64,000 nucleotides of DNA, taken from assembly GCA_015680685.1 (NCBI GenBank), contig MNCI01001142.1, positions 131,588 to 195,587 of the forward strand, written 5' to 3'. The position numbers and the translations under genes are program-made. Positions 1 through 14,400 of the stretch are shown one piece after another. Source of the stretch: Gnetum montanum (Eukaryota; Plantae; Gnetophyta). Under the pieces are notes generated by a model. That model was not told the origin of the DNA. It searched no databases and worked only from the letters and a program-made list of their open reading frames with translations. Position 1 is the first letter of the stretch, and each line of letters begins with the position of its first letter.

Positions 1-442
1 AAATTGGGTACAGTGGCCTAGTGGCCTAGGAAGATGATTGTTGGAAAAGGCTTCAAATGAAATTATCAGGTTCATGTTTGAATTCAAACTCATCTTGTTC
101 CTCATGTTGGCTCTTTGAATTGGCCTACTTACTCAATTCATCCTTCATGATGAGTTGGACTGGTATATGTGTATGTATTTTGGTCAGTGGAATTTTATCA
201 TAAGGGGAAGGAATGTATTCTTTCCCATTCATATGAATTAGCTCAAACTCATGCTTACACTTAGATTTCGTGCATGGGATGAGTAGGTCAACTTGGATCT
301 TGGCACATATGAAGTTGTAATAATTTTCATCTATGACAACGAAATATTTGCTTTTGCCCCTATGTCTAAGAGATTATCTATGCTCATCCATAGTTGGATC
401 TTTTTATTCATGGACTCTCACAACATCTTGGTTGGCAGCCAT
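1..442 (-). pseudogene. gag: Degraded N-terminus of the gag ORF of a Tat-lineage element (element A); runs off the window start
   Basis: Minus-strand translation gives YNFICAKIQVDL...GKEYIPSPYDKIPL, matching YNFICMKIQVGL...GHEFIPSPYDIIPL at the gag start of the young element (about 40775-40915). ATG at 442-440; stop codons present. Confidence 0.75.
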
Positions 443-1477
443 ATTGGTTAAGTTGATGGACAAAACTATTCATTTGTTAAAAGGAATTGATAAGGTACTT
501 AACTAGATTTTTAATTAAAAATTCCAACAAGTGGAATTGCTTGGTAAATGAGTGGTTTTGGCTATGAAAATGATTGAAACTACAATCGTGAGTGTAGTGC
601 AAGTTGTAGTGATAGTGTTGTCACTACACTGGTGAAAATTTCAAAATTAACTAAAATTTAAAGATTTTGGATTTTTGAAGTGTAGGTTTGCATTGGAACT
701 AGTTTTATAAAATAATTGATATGAAAATGTCAAAGGCAATGTTTTCACTAGTTCTACGTTACCCAACCTACACTAGTAAAAATACGTTGGCATTTGTAAG
801 AAATGTGTTGGTTTTAGTTTTAAAACAAAAAGATATGTTGGGTTTCTAGCTAGAACTATGCTAGGTGTAGGAAACATAGTTTTTGGTTTGTCTTGTTTAA
901 AAGGTATTGGTATATTTTTCCTTAAGGAAAAAACTACTCTAGTTTAGTTGTGCAATCAAGAAAAATGTTATATATATATTTTTTCAAAAGATATGTTGGG
1001 TATCTTGGAAAACTACACTGTTGTTATGTGGTAATAGGAAAAATGATAAATTTTCCAAAGATACGTTGGGTATCCTAGAAAAAATACATTGGATTTGTCA
1101 CAAAAAGTGCATTGGGCTTTCCAAGAGGTTTGATAGAAAATTTTCATAGCATGGAGTTGGGTTATTGGGGCAAAAATATGCTATCCTTTAGGAAACCCAA
1201 AGGCAAGTTTCAGCAAGTGAAAGTGGTAGGTTTTGTAAGAAACTATGACAGATTTAAGAAGTCCATCACCTAGTGTGTAAATTTAGAAGCATCCAAACCA
1301 CCTATAATTGGTACACTAGGTACAAACTACAGGAGAATAGGTGGCAGCATTGGCTTTCTTGGTAGGTTTTCTTGGCAAAATTTAGAGGTTTTTTAATGTA
1401 AGAAAGGTAGGCAAGGATTGAAACTGGAAATCAAACAATGGCAATATGGAATTTAGGTGAAGAACTTGGGAAGAAGT

Positions 1478-1493
1478 CCTTCTTCTAGCACTA
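1478..1493 (-). promoter_or_regulatory. Primer-binding site of Tat element A
   Basis: Minus strand reads TAGTGCTAGAAGAAGG, a decayed TGGCGCTAGAAGGAGG (Tat/Retand-type PBS), directly next to the LTR. It matches 40026-40042. Confidence 0.7.
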
Positions 1494-1498
1494 GAAAT

Positions 1499-2666
1499 TG
1501 TTGCATAAAAAAAATTTGGTACTAGAAAATTGAAGATCTTCGATGAAACAATTTAGCCCTAGATCCCAAGGGCTTCTGAGAAAGAAGATCCAAGGCATCC
1601 TAGATAGTCTTTTTGTTCAAATAGGGACTTAGGAAGTGTAAATAATGCAATTAAATTAAAAGGAAATGTAGAATTGCTTTAAGAGGAAGCACAAAAATTA
1701 ATCATAGAATAAACTTGCACAATAAGTGAATTATAAAATTTATTGTAATGATAAAATATTTGAAAGTATAGAGTTCCAATCTATACATATTGTATGCTCA
1801 AATGTATAGGGAGTTGCAAAGATGAAATTTGAAGTCTATTGAAGCTAACATGTTGTGTTCTATAGTCAACCTTACGATCCAAGTGCTTCCAAGCTTTGAT
1901 ATCTAGAACTCCTTGTTAATTCTAAACTTGGATTTGCTTCATTGGTTGAAAAATAGTGGGTAAATGCTTGACCTTTTATTGTTGGGAAATTTTTTTGAAA
2001 GTCTCCAATGTTTAGTTGATTTCTAGTTTGCCAAAAACTCTTTATAGCATATTAAAATTTGGTTTAAATAGGTCATTAATGCCTACTTTGGTGCTGTAAA
2101 TTTGCTACCATGATTACTAACAAATTTTTGCAATTTACAGGTGTGGTAGGCCATCAATTCCAATGTAGTTTTTCCTTTATGGTAAGTTTGATACACCAAG
2201 ATCATCAAAACTATGCTGAGTTTTATAAAAAGTAAATAGGTTTTAAAAACTATGTTGGCTTCACTATAACTATGATGGCCTTGGAAAGCTATGCTAGCTT
2301 CATGGGAACCACACTTGTCTTATTGTAAAAATGAAAGGCAAATAGCACCTATGCTGGCTACAGGTGCTTTTAGCTTAGTTTTAGCTATGACTAATATAAA
2401 ACCCATGAAAAACCCACATTTGGAAGTTTCCAATGTAGTTTTAGCCTTCTCAAGCCCAAATATAGACATGACATAACTTTTTCCACCTGGGAAGTGAGGT
2501 TATAACAACTTATGAGTTAGTTTTTAGCCTTGAAAAGTTGAAGTATGTAAGATTGTATCATGTGAATTGCCAATCTCACATTTTATAATAAAGTCCATCC
2601 TCAAGTTTAATGGTGAAGATTATAATGTCAAAAAGTTGCAACATGAATTTTTTTGATGATATTTTA
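1499..2666 (-). mobile_element. 5' LTR of Tat element A
   Basis: 2040-2666 aligns by eye with the LTR at 21400-22185 (e.g. gcccaaatatagacat...ttttccacctgggaagtgagg). It is bounded by the PBS on the left and by chromovirus pol coding sequence on the right. Confidence 0.7.
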
Positions 2667-3330
2667 ACCAATTCTATCTTTTTTGAAGAAAAGTATAGAT
2701 TTTGTGTCAGGTGATAACGAAGAGAAGTATTTCCAAGAATTGAAGGTAAAAATTTGTAGTATTATAGTGCTTGTTATTCCAAACTTTTCCATGCCTTTGA
2801 AGTGGAGGTAGATGTAGGTGAATATACAATTGATGATGTTTTATCATAAGAAGATAAGCCCATTATAATTTTCTCAAAAAGGCTAAATGTATTAAGGAAA
2901 AAGTATAATGTCTATGAAAGGAAATTGTATAATATACTTTATACTATTAAACATTAGAGATATGACTTATTAGAAAGTAAATTTTTACTTTTTATTGATC
3001 ATAAGAAATTGCAATTCTTAAATTCACAAAAGAGGTAAAGTACCAAGCATATAAAATGGGTAGAGCAACTCCATGAGTTTGACTTTGTGTTAAAGCATAG
3101 AAGTAGAAAAAGGAAAATGATAAAATATTCTCTTTTTAGGATTTATGTGGTGAATCATGCATGTGCTCAAGTAGAGGGACTTGACTCATTTACTTCTTTA
3201 TATATAAATGATGCTGATTTTGATGGGATTTGAAAGGATCTTAGTGCTACATTGCTTAGTAGAGTGGATAGGTGAAGAGACTATCACCTATAACATGGAA
3301 TTCATTTTAAGAATGATAAGATATGTGCCT
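2667..3330 (+). pseudogene. pol: Ty3/gypsy chromovirus (CRM-like) pol fragment: RT-RH tether and RNase H
   Basis: Degenerate translation PNFSMPFEVEVD...FSKRLN...YNVYERKLY...DH.KL.FLNSQK...KWVEQLHEFDFVLKH, with many stops. Confidence 0.85.
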
Positions 3331-3923
3331 TGAAGTAGGGTTACTCTAATTTACTTTAATCCTTCAAACACATTAAATCCAAAAATAGAAAATATGCAAG
3401 ATAATTTAATTTCTAGAAAATCGAAAAAAATCTAGCTATCTTCAATTAAATCAAGAAGACTATAATTATACAACTTGGATTAACATCAATCATTGGACAC
3501 TAAACACTATTGTAGAGCATGAGGCTTTATAATTACATAATGATTGACCTCAATGCAAGGTTCAATTAATCCAAATCTCTCCACATATAGATTTGAGATT
3601 AGACATATATATAGAGAGTTATGGTCAAGATCACATACCCTTGACTATAGAGACATACATCCTCTATTACAGTCTCTCTATCCCAACTCTTCCTCTCTTT
3701 TTCCCCTCTTCATCTATGCTCAAGAAGCAATCCAACCTCTATATTTATCCCAAACATAGAGCTGAAAACATCTTCTCTTTTGGTTAGATGTCTCAAAGGA
3801 ACTTAGTATATCTCCATATTTTCTTTTATAACTAGCAAAAAAGATATTTCTCTAGCTTTCTAAAGCTACAAATTGATCATTTTTAAGAATGAAAAAGGGC
3901 TAGGAAGAGGTGTCCCTATACTA
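3331..3923 (-). repeat. 3' LTR of the nested chromovirus
   Basis: Collinear with 7620-8197 (tgtagagcatgagg, gagagttatgg, tatatttat.ccaaacatagagctg, tgtccctat/cac). Confidence 0.85.
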
Positions 3924-3959
3924 TCTCTTCCATCCTTGAAAAAGTAAGCTCAAGTGAAC

Positions 3960-6900
3960 AAGAATGTAGGGATAGAATTGATTTCCTTTTTAATAAGTTT
4001 GGTTTCATGGGCTCATAGAAAATCATCAATAGTTTGATCCTTCTAATGGATTAAGTACTTATGCCTACTCACTCCACATGTGCTAGAAGCTTTTCTCTTC
4101 TTGAGTACAATTGTATTCCACTCCTGTGAAGGCTTGGACTTGTTAATAGCTTCCTTCAATCAATTGATGTTATCTTGTAAGATTTCATCATCCACCAATT
4201 CATGATAATGCATAATATTTGTAACATTAAGAAGAAATGAAATATCCACATTAAATTTGGACTTCCTCTTAAGGAATCTTTCTTTAGCCTTCTCAAGATT
4301 AGCCTTAACTTGAGTATGAAGATTCTTCATCTCATGTAAAAAATTAGCACTCAATTGAGCTTCTCTATTAAGGCTTCTAATATCTTCCATCATATTTGGA
4401 ATGAATCCATAATTAACCTCAAATGATATTTTTCTAATTGAAACATGAAAAATCATTATTGTAAGAAAATTTAGCATGACATAAAAATTTTTCTCACTTA
4501 ATGGACTATCCTTCAAACAAACACCTGAAAGTATTTAATAAAGATTTATTAATGACTATAGTTTGCCCATTAGATTATGCACTAGAAAAACTGAACTTTG
4601 TTCCTAAAATCGTCCAAAGGAACCTCCAAAATTATCTAGGAAAATTGGAGTCATTATTACTAAAAACATTCAAAGGAATTCCATATAACCTCATAATATG
4701 CTAGAAAAACAAATTTTCAACATGAGATATATCACTCACCTTTTTACATTGAATGAAGTTGCCATCTTGGAGAATTTTTCTACCACCAAAAAGATAGTAT
4801 CATTGCCATTTTGGTCTTCAAAATCCCACTCACAAAATCCATTGACACACTTTCCCATGGATCCTTGGAAATTGGAAAAGGGATATAGTATCCATTAACA
4901 TAATTTAGCTTCCCAACATTTTAAGGAGTTGACTAATCTCTAATATCCTTTACCCTAGTAGCTTTCATTCTAATTTGATTGTTAGAAATCATATGTTCTA
5001 AATATGTGATTTTCCTCTTGAAGATATGACTCTTTTTCATATTGATCACTAAATATGTCTCCTCTAAATTAATACATACTTTATTCAAGTGATCTAAGTG
5101 TTCTTCCTCATTTGAGAAATATACCAAAGTATCATCAAAGAAGATAATGCAACACTTTCCAATCAAATCTTTGAGGATATTATGCATCAATCTTATGAAT
5201 GTGGTAGGAGAATTTGTGGGCTCAAAAGGAATCACAAACCATTCAAAAAATCCATCTAGAATCTTGAAAGTTATCTTAGATTCATCACTAGACATATCTG
5301 AAATTTGATGGTAATCATTCTTTAAAACAATTTTGTTGAAGATCACTACATTAGTAAAAATATCAAGGATATCATCCATCTTTGAAATAAAAAAAATATA
5401 CCTTACTATTATCCTATTCATAGTCCTTAAGTCAATGCACATTCTTCATTCATCATTGTTCGTTTTTAGCACAGGTACTACTAAAACTATATAACGTGAA
5501 ATGGATTTCCTTACAAAGCCATTTTCAAGTAACTCCTCTACTTGCCATTGCAATTTAGCCCTCCTATGTGATGCCATCTAGTATGTCCTCTCATTTGGAA
5601 TTGTAGAACTAGGAATGAAATCAATTTGTTACTACATATTCCTCATTGATGGTAATCCATCTAATTCCCATTTAAACACCTTGGAAAATTACTCCTTAAA
5701 TCCTAGCATACATGTTGGAAGATCTACCTATACAAAATTATGCTTAGAAGTAATATTTGATATAACCATAAAATCAAAACCAACTTCATCATGTCTGGGA
5801 ATGTACTCCTTCTCCCCAAGAAGAATTAAGAAAGCATTAAGTGGGTTTTACTACCTTAATTATTTAACTTTCATAGGAATCAACTCATGGATTTTATTAG
5901 GTCTTGTTATACTCTACACATTTCTTACTTCATCAAACTAACCACTATTATTCAAATTCCAAGGCCTTTCAAAAATTACATCACCATAATCAATTGAAAG
6001 TATATCACATTTCACAACATCATGAAAAATCCCAATTTTAAATTTCAAGATACATTGCTCTCTCACCTTATGAGAGTTATCACTTGAAAGCCAATGCATC
6101 TTGGAGGGTTTAAGATAAGGAATTTTCACTAAACCCAATCTAGAAATTTCCTTGTAATAAATAATATTATTTTTGGATTTTTGATCTATTAAATAATGAA
6201 GCCATTCGCTACTAAGCAAACATCTAGTCCCAATATCAAATATTAGTTTCATTGCTAGATGGTCTCATCTAGTTACATTTTCTATAGATGGATAAGAGTT
6301 TAATTTTGAAACTTTTTTAATTTTTGGAGCATTAAGATTACCTTTCTAAAACTCTTGGCTTAATTTCTCCTCTACCTCCATGGTTTGTACATTCTTATTA
6401 TTGGCTTCCTTATGAAGTTAACATTCCCATTGCTTATGTCTTTGGTATCTGCATTTGAATCATTGAATCTTTGATGAACTGCTACCTTGATCCTTACCAA
6501 AATTGCCTTGGTCCTTCTTGGATTTGCCTTTTTTATCATCCTATTCATGCTTCTTATCATGGATGCTCTCCTTATCTTTAGATCTTAACTTAGATCCATT
6601 TTTAGATTTGGATTCCATTTTCTTTTCCTTCAAAGCTTGTTTTTCCTTATTTCTAAATCCACTGAGTTTCTTCTCTGCCTTGAGTGCTAAATGATAATCC
6701 TCATCAAGGGTTTTAGGCTCATAGAATGACAACTCTTACTCGTAAGCCATCTTAAGACCTCCCAAAAAGATCACACTCCTAGTTTACCTTAGCATGATGG
6801 AATAGATCACAAAATTTAATGTAAAATTTCTTGACATCTTTGTCTTCCTATCTAAGAAATTTTAGATTCATGATTATCTCTTGTCCTTGCTAATATTTCT

Positions 6901-7552
6901 CAAATTTCCATTTTCACCTATATTTTATCAAGGATCAATCTTTGATAGGTTGATCAGTTTGCCTCTCCTAACTTTAGGATTCTTTTTTCCACAAAGTTGA
7001 GGTCATACCTTCTAATATAGATTCTGCAATTGGTACCCATAATGGCTTTGGTACCTCTTCAAAATCAAAATGCTGATCAAGAACCTTCAAATAACTTACA
7101 AAAGCATTGGTATCATCTACATCATTGCAAATTTTCAACTCTACATATGAAAATCATTCAGCATTTTTGAATGCTCTAGCTAGTCTTGCCTCATCTTCAT
7201 CATCTATCTTACCATGAGGACAAGTTAAAGTTGAAGATGAAACTCTTGGAGCTCTGGCATTAGGATCTAGATTTCCTTCCCTTGGAACCCTAAGCTAATG
7301 GATTCTCACACTTTAATAGCTAGAAGTTTCTTCCTCCTCATTGGATCTCCTTCCACTAGGCTAAGAAACTTCATCTTCAACATTCAAATAATAGTTCACA
7401 TCATCACCACATGACTAAATATGTTTGGATCTTACATTTTAATCTACCTTGTTGCTGATCTCATTCAATTAATCAATCATTAGCTAAATGATAGATTTCA
7501 TGCTTTCAATGTATTAATTAAAGGCTTGAACGATTTTCTTCTTAGAGACCAT
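3960..7552 (-). pseudogene. gag-pol: gag-PR-RT-(RNase H deleted)-INT-chromodomain-like polyprotein remnant
   Basis: RT ORF 4933-5442 (CIDLR..N, DYHQI, FFDDTLVY). Protease-like 5938-6252 (IFDIG; DVVKCDI; FERPW). INT core PWESVSMDFV at about 4840-4870. C-terminal KYLIH* chromodomain-like motif at about 4040-4065. Confidence 0.85.
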
Positions 7553-7619
7553 TTGAAATAGACAAAGATATACACACTCAACTTCTAAGACTAAAAAATC
7601 CCATGCTTGATGAAAATTG

Positions 7620-8197
7620 TTGGAGTAGGATCATTCTGATTTTTTAACCCTTCAATATACTGAATCTAAAGGTAGAAAATACATTAGAAAATTTAATTGC
7701 TAGAAACCAGAAAACTAGCTATCTTTAATTAAATATAGAATATTATAATCATAGCCTGGATCATATTTAATCCTCACATACTTAACACTTTTGTAGAGCA
7801 TGAGGCCCTAAAATCACACAATGATTGTTCTTAATGTAAGGTTAAATTAATTTAGGTCTATCCATACATCTAAGATCAAATGCATAGAAAGAGAGTTATG
7901 GTGAAGATCACATATCCTTGATTGTAGAGATGCATGTCCTCTCTTGCAATATTTCTATTGTAACTTTATCTCTCTTTTCTTCCATCTTTATTTATTCTTA
8001 ACAAGTAACCCAACCTATATATTTATACCAAACATAGAGCTGGAAACATATAATCTTCTAGTTAGGCATCTGTTTGGCACTTGGGATAGCTTTGTAATTT
8101 TTTGCAAATCATAGCAAAGAAATTTGTCTAGCTTCATGAACCTACAAATTAATTAGTTGTAGGAATGAAAAGGGCTCAAAAAGATGTCCCTACACCA
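7620..8197 (-). repeat. 5' LTR of the nested chromovirus
   Basis: Direct repeat of 3331-3923, ending ...cctacacca and followed by TSD TGCCT. Confidence 0.85.
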
Positions 8198-9463
8198 TGC
8201 CTAAATTATGATGCCAACTTAAATATTTTTGCATGAACAACATACTCATGATATTGTTAGACATATGAGTAAGACAAAGATTTATGATCTTGTTGCTAAC
8301 ATCTACTTTTGGCTAGATGTACAAAATGATGTTAGAAGACTTGTTAGGGAATGTCATGTTTGTCAAAAATAAAAGGAGGAAAAGTTATTACTAGTCACTA
8401 TTTATCTATGCACATTTCTAATGCTCCATAGAAGAGTATTTCTATGGATTTTATGTGTGGCATTTCAAAGGTACAATCTAAATATGATCCTATTTTTGTT
8501 TTAGTGGTTAGATTTTCCAAAATGGCATATTTTATTCCTTGTAAAAGAAGAAATGATGCATCTCATGTAGCTCATTTTTAGCATATTTTTAGATTACATG
8601 AAATTCCTTTGAACATTATGAGTGATAGATATGTAAGATTTAAAAGTCCTTATTTGAAGATCATTATGGATATTGTTAGGTACCAAGTTTTCCTTTTCTA
8701 GTGCCTACCATACCCAAACTGATGGATAAGTAAATGTTGCAAATAAATCATTACTAAAGATTTTTAGATATCTTCATGAAGATCAGTTAAATAGATGGAA
8801 AAATATCTTGGTTCATATTAAGTTTAGCGATAACAGCTTTTATCATTCTAGCACTAGTAAAAGTACATTTATGGTGAATTGTGTTTATTCCCCTAGAATG
8901 GTAGATGACTTAAGAAAATTTGATGGTTTCTCTCATGTTAGTTTTGATTTTTTGCAAACTATGCAAGACTTGCATAAGTGAAGGAAACACTTAAAATCAA
9001 GATGAAAGAAATTGTTACTAGAAAGTAATTGGGCAAGAAAAATGTGAAATTTGAAGTTGGTACCTATGTTCAACTTTATTTGAATAAGTAGAGATTGAGA
9101 AATGTGAACTAGTTCAAGCTCAAATTTAGGAGAATTGGTCCACTTTATATCAAGATCAAGATAAATGAAAATGCATATGAACTTGATCTCCATAATGATT
9201 TGAATTTTTCTTGTATTTTTATTATTTTAGATCTAATTCGATATCATGAAGAGATACTTGGATGAAACTTGGAGGACAATAAGGAATTTCTCAAAGATGT
9301 AATTGAAGAAGTCACTTCAAGCATGTTTAGGAATCCAATTGTTCTACAAGCAAGAGAGGCTATTGAAATAAGAATGAGAATGAGGAATGAGTACCTAATC
9401 CATTGGAGTGATGAGGATCTTGAGAATACATGGTGGATTTATAAAAGTGATTTGGGTATCTAA
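8198..9463 (+). pseudogene. pol: Continuation of the host chromovirus pol: integrase and chromodomain-like tail
   Basis: Zn-finger YFWLDVQNDVRRLVRECHVCQK, SISMDF, RFSKMAYFIPC, SAYHTQTDG, GPLY-like motif, and EYLIHWSDEDLENTWW (ORF 9269-9463). Confidence 0.85.
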
Positions 9464-9529
9464 GGTCTTGATGCCAGCCCAAATGTAAATTCCACTTAAG
9501 TTAAAGTATCTTTTTAAGAGTAAAGAAGA

Positions 9530-10248
9530 TGACAAGGACATCAACCTAATAATTTGTTTGATGTATTATGCATCCTCTGTGTCTCTATGAATTGTAAAAG
9601 ATGAATAATTATGTTTTGTCTCTTTTTGTTATCATTTGTGATGTTTGTATTGGCTTTACAAGAAACTACAACACCATGAAAATTTGTAGGAGGTATTAGT
9701 TTATTGCCTAAGGGAATATCTTTAATGTATGGTATTCTTTAGTGTAGTGTGAAATTGCTATGAGTATAGGAGGCTATAGTTAGAGGGGTGTGAGCTGCAA
9801 CTATTCATAGTATATGAGATGCAAGTTAATAGTCATTATAATTTGGTGATAGTCTTAGGAGAGAAAGTAATGAAAACATATTGTGATTTACTAGTGTAAA
9901 GGAGTATGAGTCATAGTCCCATTATAGATTGTGAGATGCAAGATATTGTGATCTATAGGCAATCATAGTCTAGAAAAAAATTAAAATTTTAAAAGACATG
10001 AATTTGAAGAGTCAGATGAATAACCACTAGAAATTTTTCAAGCCCTAACTACCATAACATTGGGAGATCTTGAGAGAAGAAGAGTGTATTAATTGTTGGG
10101 TTTCATATGTTTGCTTGTCTTGAGTACTTACTGATAGGGGTTCTACTTGCCATGACTAATGAGATTATGTAATATGAAATGTAGTGCATTCTAGTTGTAA
10201 GCTTTGAAGAGATGTTAAGTGCACTGCTAAAAACATTCATGTATGTCA
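9530..10248 (+). repeat. Probable 3' LTR of the host chromovirus
   Basis: Purine tract aagagtaaagaaga then TGACA at 9530. Right boundary is inferred only from the inverted TGTCA at 10244-10248; there is no second LTR in the window. Confidence 0.45.
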
Positions 10249-11471
10249 TTGTGTTCAATACATGTAAAAGAGATTATAGTACATATAATATAATGGAAGC
10301 TAGTGTATCCATGGTGAGGAATTAAGATAATATTTATCATTTTATATTTTTGTGATTTTTATGGGTCTTATGAATATAAGATTAAAATGATAACAAATAC
10401 ACATGCATTACAATCCCTCATGGGGATAGGTACAATGCTCACAAGCACATACATGTGTTGCAATTCCCTATGCAATAGGTGTAACACCACATATAGAAAT
10501 TAATAAATGGCTCATATTCACAAATTCAATGGTCCAACACCATGTCATATAGTTATGACCTTCTTGAATAAGGATGAATTTTCATATCTTAATGATATAG
10601 AAATGAAATAAATATTTTAAGCTTTTTGATGTTTTAAGGCATCAATAATATAGAACAAAGGAAAAAGCATGAGGATTATTTGCTATGCAAAAGCTTGACT
10701 CTCTATTAACCAAATGGTTCTAGGCTAAATAAGCAAGGAAGTACTTTGATAGAGGGTAGCTACACTTGTGAAAGTGATGATCAAGACACACATAAAAAAT
10801 AGATAGAAAATCAACTTAGTTAAGGAAGGAGGTGCTATTAACATAAACTAGATGCCAAAAGATAAGATAATGATAAGGTTCTCATAATGTCATGTATGAT
10901 AGATTATCTTGAGTATTTATAGTTTTCATGAAGTAATGATGGAGGTTCATCAATGTCTAGACATCAATAGAAGTCCATTAGAGTAATCCTTGCAAATTCT
11001 AGTCATATTTTAAAGGGTGCATCAGTGGTCCTATATTGACATAGGGTAGTCAATGCATTCCCCCTACAACATTCCAAGATACTAGTTATAGATGAAAGTT
11101 GAAATATTAGGAGACATATCAAAATGATATTTAGACATCCAAAATAAGTTGGAAACATCCTAAGAAAGTTAGAATGTGCACATAACTTTGAAGTATGACA
11201 CAAGAGACAAGGATGCATGTCAAGAACATAAAAACCTCAACCAAACATGCTAGATCTAAGATACATGATGCATCAAATACTTTCTACATCTAGGGATTAC
11301 AATGGATTTAAAAATTACCATTAGAAAACTCAACATTTTTCCATAGTTGAGTAATTCTACTGTTAGAAAGCTATAATGGATTTAAAAATTATCATTAGAA
11401 AACTCATCATTTTTCCATAGTTATAGCTTTAACACATCATTTTTTGATAGTTATAGCTTTAACATCCAAGA

Positions 11472-14400
11472 TGTGGATCATTTAACTTAGTAGGGGTGGA
11501 TGAATAAGTTGCCAAAATTAAAACTTAAACAAAAAATCACACACACCAAACTTAACGTCGTTCCCCAACTTGGGTAGTCCACACTCGAAGGGTAGAATGC
11601 AAGCACACCTCTAGAATTTTTTGCTCTCAAAATTTGATTGAAGGGTCCACACCTTGTATAGTCCTCAAGCCCCACTTTGGAGTGTTGTACCATAGCACAA
11701 TCACTCAACATTGCAAAGTCACTTCATGCTTGGAAATGTGGTTTCAAGGCTTCCACAACCTTTACAATCTTGATCTTTGCACTAGATGTTTATACCACAA
11801 CACCAACAACTCAATCCTATAGGATCTCAACAAGCTCAAGGAACTCAAACCCATAGGGCAACAAGAACAAGAATTTCAAGGAAATATTATAACTCAATTT
11901 TCTAATCCTTGTTTTATTAGGTACAACACAATTTACAATCCCAAAATGATAAGTCAATGAAGAGTAATAGAGAATTCAATGATTACAAATTATTGTACAA
12001 TGAATACAATAATGCTTGTACATTTTCAATGTACATGAAGTTTACTTATACCTAGCTTGTTGTTAAATCCTTCTCAAAACTCATGCAACGGCTAGCTAAT
12101 GGTCACCAACAATTGTGGGAGATGTCTTTCTCATGCCTAAGACATCTCTTTGAATTTGGCTCCAAATCTAGAAAGACATCTTTATTTCCTAAAATATTTC
12201 TTTCTAAAGTATCCATCTTGGAAGACATATTTGCTTAATATAATATGTCTTTTTGTATTTTTTTTTTGCATTATGTAAAGATGTATTTGCCTCATGAAAG
12301 AAATATTTGGCTAGGAAAAGACATCTTACTATTTCTAAAGATGTATTTCTAAATTTTCTTTGAGTTCATCTCAAATTTTCAAAGGTTTTGCTGCTTCCCA
12401 GATATGTCTTTCTTAACTTTTTCTTGCATGATGAATGCATTGTTTCTTGTCCATAACCTTGATCTTCCAAATGCTTTAATAATGTCCACTTTGGTTGTAA
12501 AATATTAGGTTCTTGTCAATGTTCTTTGGATGTTCATTTGAAGACGTGTGGGTGACCTCCTCCTTTGAGCTATAGGATAATTTGTTCCTTGTCCTCTTTA
12601 GCTCAGCTTGGTTTCCTATGTACGTAGTCCTATAAACACAATAACCATACAACCATACAAACAACTTTTGTGTTAATTTTCCTTAATGTTTTGACATACC
12701 AAAAGGTCCAAAATATCCCCCTTTTTTGTGATGTTCAAAATTTAAGAAAATGAATCAGTGATCATACATCTATAACCATACTGTTCTCCCTCTTTTTGAA
12801 TAGCAGCAAAAAGGATAAAGTACCCAAAGATGATGCAAAAGAGATATTATGACATAACTGCAAAAATATATAGTGAAGCAAGAAAATCAATTTAAGGAAT
12901 ACATATTTTTCAACATTAAGATCTATGAGAAGGTGCCCCTTAATTTGTCAAGAATTGATCCAAGCCTTCCATAGGACATTCAAACTTAAGGCATGAAGTG
13001 AAGTATAGGCATTGAAGATCAAGTAACTTGTATCTAAATCAATGAGTAATTAGCAGTTTGCATTGCATGGTTCTTTCATTTTCTAATATTTTCCATCCTT
13101 TTTAAAAAATTAGAAAAATAGTAGGGTAGTATAGAAATACTAATTGAAACTAGCCATGCCAAATTCTTAATTTTTCATCTCAATGCAGACTATTCAATAG
13201 ATGATTCAATCAAAATAAAAAATACTTTAAAAACATGTTCATGGTCTTGCTCATAACATTCACTAGTTGCTTTACAAAAAAAGTACTTCTTGCTTTAGCA
13301 TATGAATGAATATTGAGTAGGTGGGCTAAAGATACATTAAGATTTCCTCTTATTAGTTCAAGACAAATGAGTTATAACTAAATAACACATAACTTTGATG
13401 CCAATGATAAGAACAAGAAGTCCATCTAAATGCCTCATCAAGAATTGTATCTCTTAATATAAAATTGTTGACATTTACAAAAGGATAGGGAACTAACATG
13501 ACAAAGCAAAGATAGGTATTTGTATAAAGCAATATGACAAACATAATACAACCATTTTTCAAACACAACTCATATACCTTATTTTTATTAAATGATATTA
13601 GAAACACAAATTCAAGACTCAAAAGTACCTCTTGAAGACCTTTTCTTACTCATTTTTGGAATATCTTGCTATATTAATGTTTCTTGAATCAAGGATTCAA
13701 AGACTCCACCTACATTGATGTCATCCAAGATGAAGATGGATAATGAGGAGTAGGCTCTGCCTACACATGTGTAGTTGTTCTTGGGTCTTTAAGATCAATG
13801 TGAAAATATTGTAAATAACAAAAACACTATAACTTTAGGTCAACATTAGGTTCATTTGTGGAGATCAAGGATTTCAACTAGCAATATTGATAGAAATTTT
13901 TAGAGTGTTGTCTTATCTCATAAATAGCAAAAACCTCCCAAAGGCTAAATAAACCATCAAAAGAATTTCAAATTGAGAAAGATTGAATGCAAAACAAGAA
14001 GTCATTACAAGTGACACACTACAAATCTTTACAAAACCAATCACTTAGAAAAATCATAAACTAAAAAAAATTCCTATATATATATATATATATCTCATGA
14101 CTTACCAAAAGAAATTATGAACACATTTTCTAGTTCCAGCCTTCCATTGTGAGTACTAAATATCTCTAAGGTGAGTACTTATTAACATACAAAAGGTTAG
14201 ACATTAAATCCTTAACATAGTGAGCACAAGTAAGTTTATATAGCATATAGAATTCAAGAGCTTTGACTAATAAAGACCATTTTAAATTTTAATGATGTTT
14301 AAATAAATGTTCTCTTTTACAAAATTACCAAATGAAAATGCTCTTCCTTCCTCATTTCTAGATTAGGGAGAAGGAAGTGAAATGTCTTGTTGCTTAAGTA

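Larger units (their letters stand above)
3331..8197 (-). mobile_element. Nested Ty3/gypsy chromovirus-type LTR retrotransposon, internally deleted (4.9 kb)
   Basis: Direct LTRs at about 3331-3923 and 7620-8197. TSD TGCCT at 3326-3330 and 8198-8202. Polypurine tract next to 3924; decayed tRNA-Met PBS at about 7605-7616. The host pol resumes after the TSD. Confidence 0.9.

Noticed and set aside
14075-14093. (TA)n microsatellite
   Set aside because: Short and ordinary.
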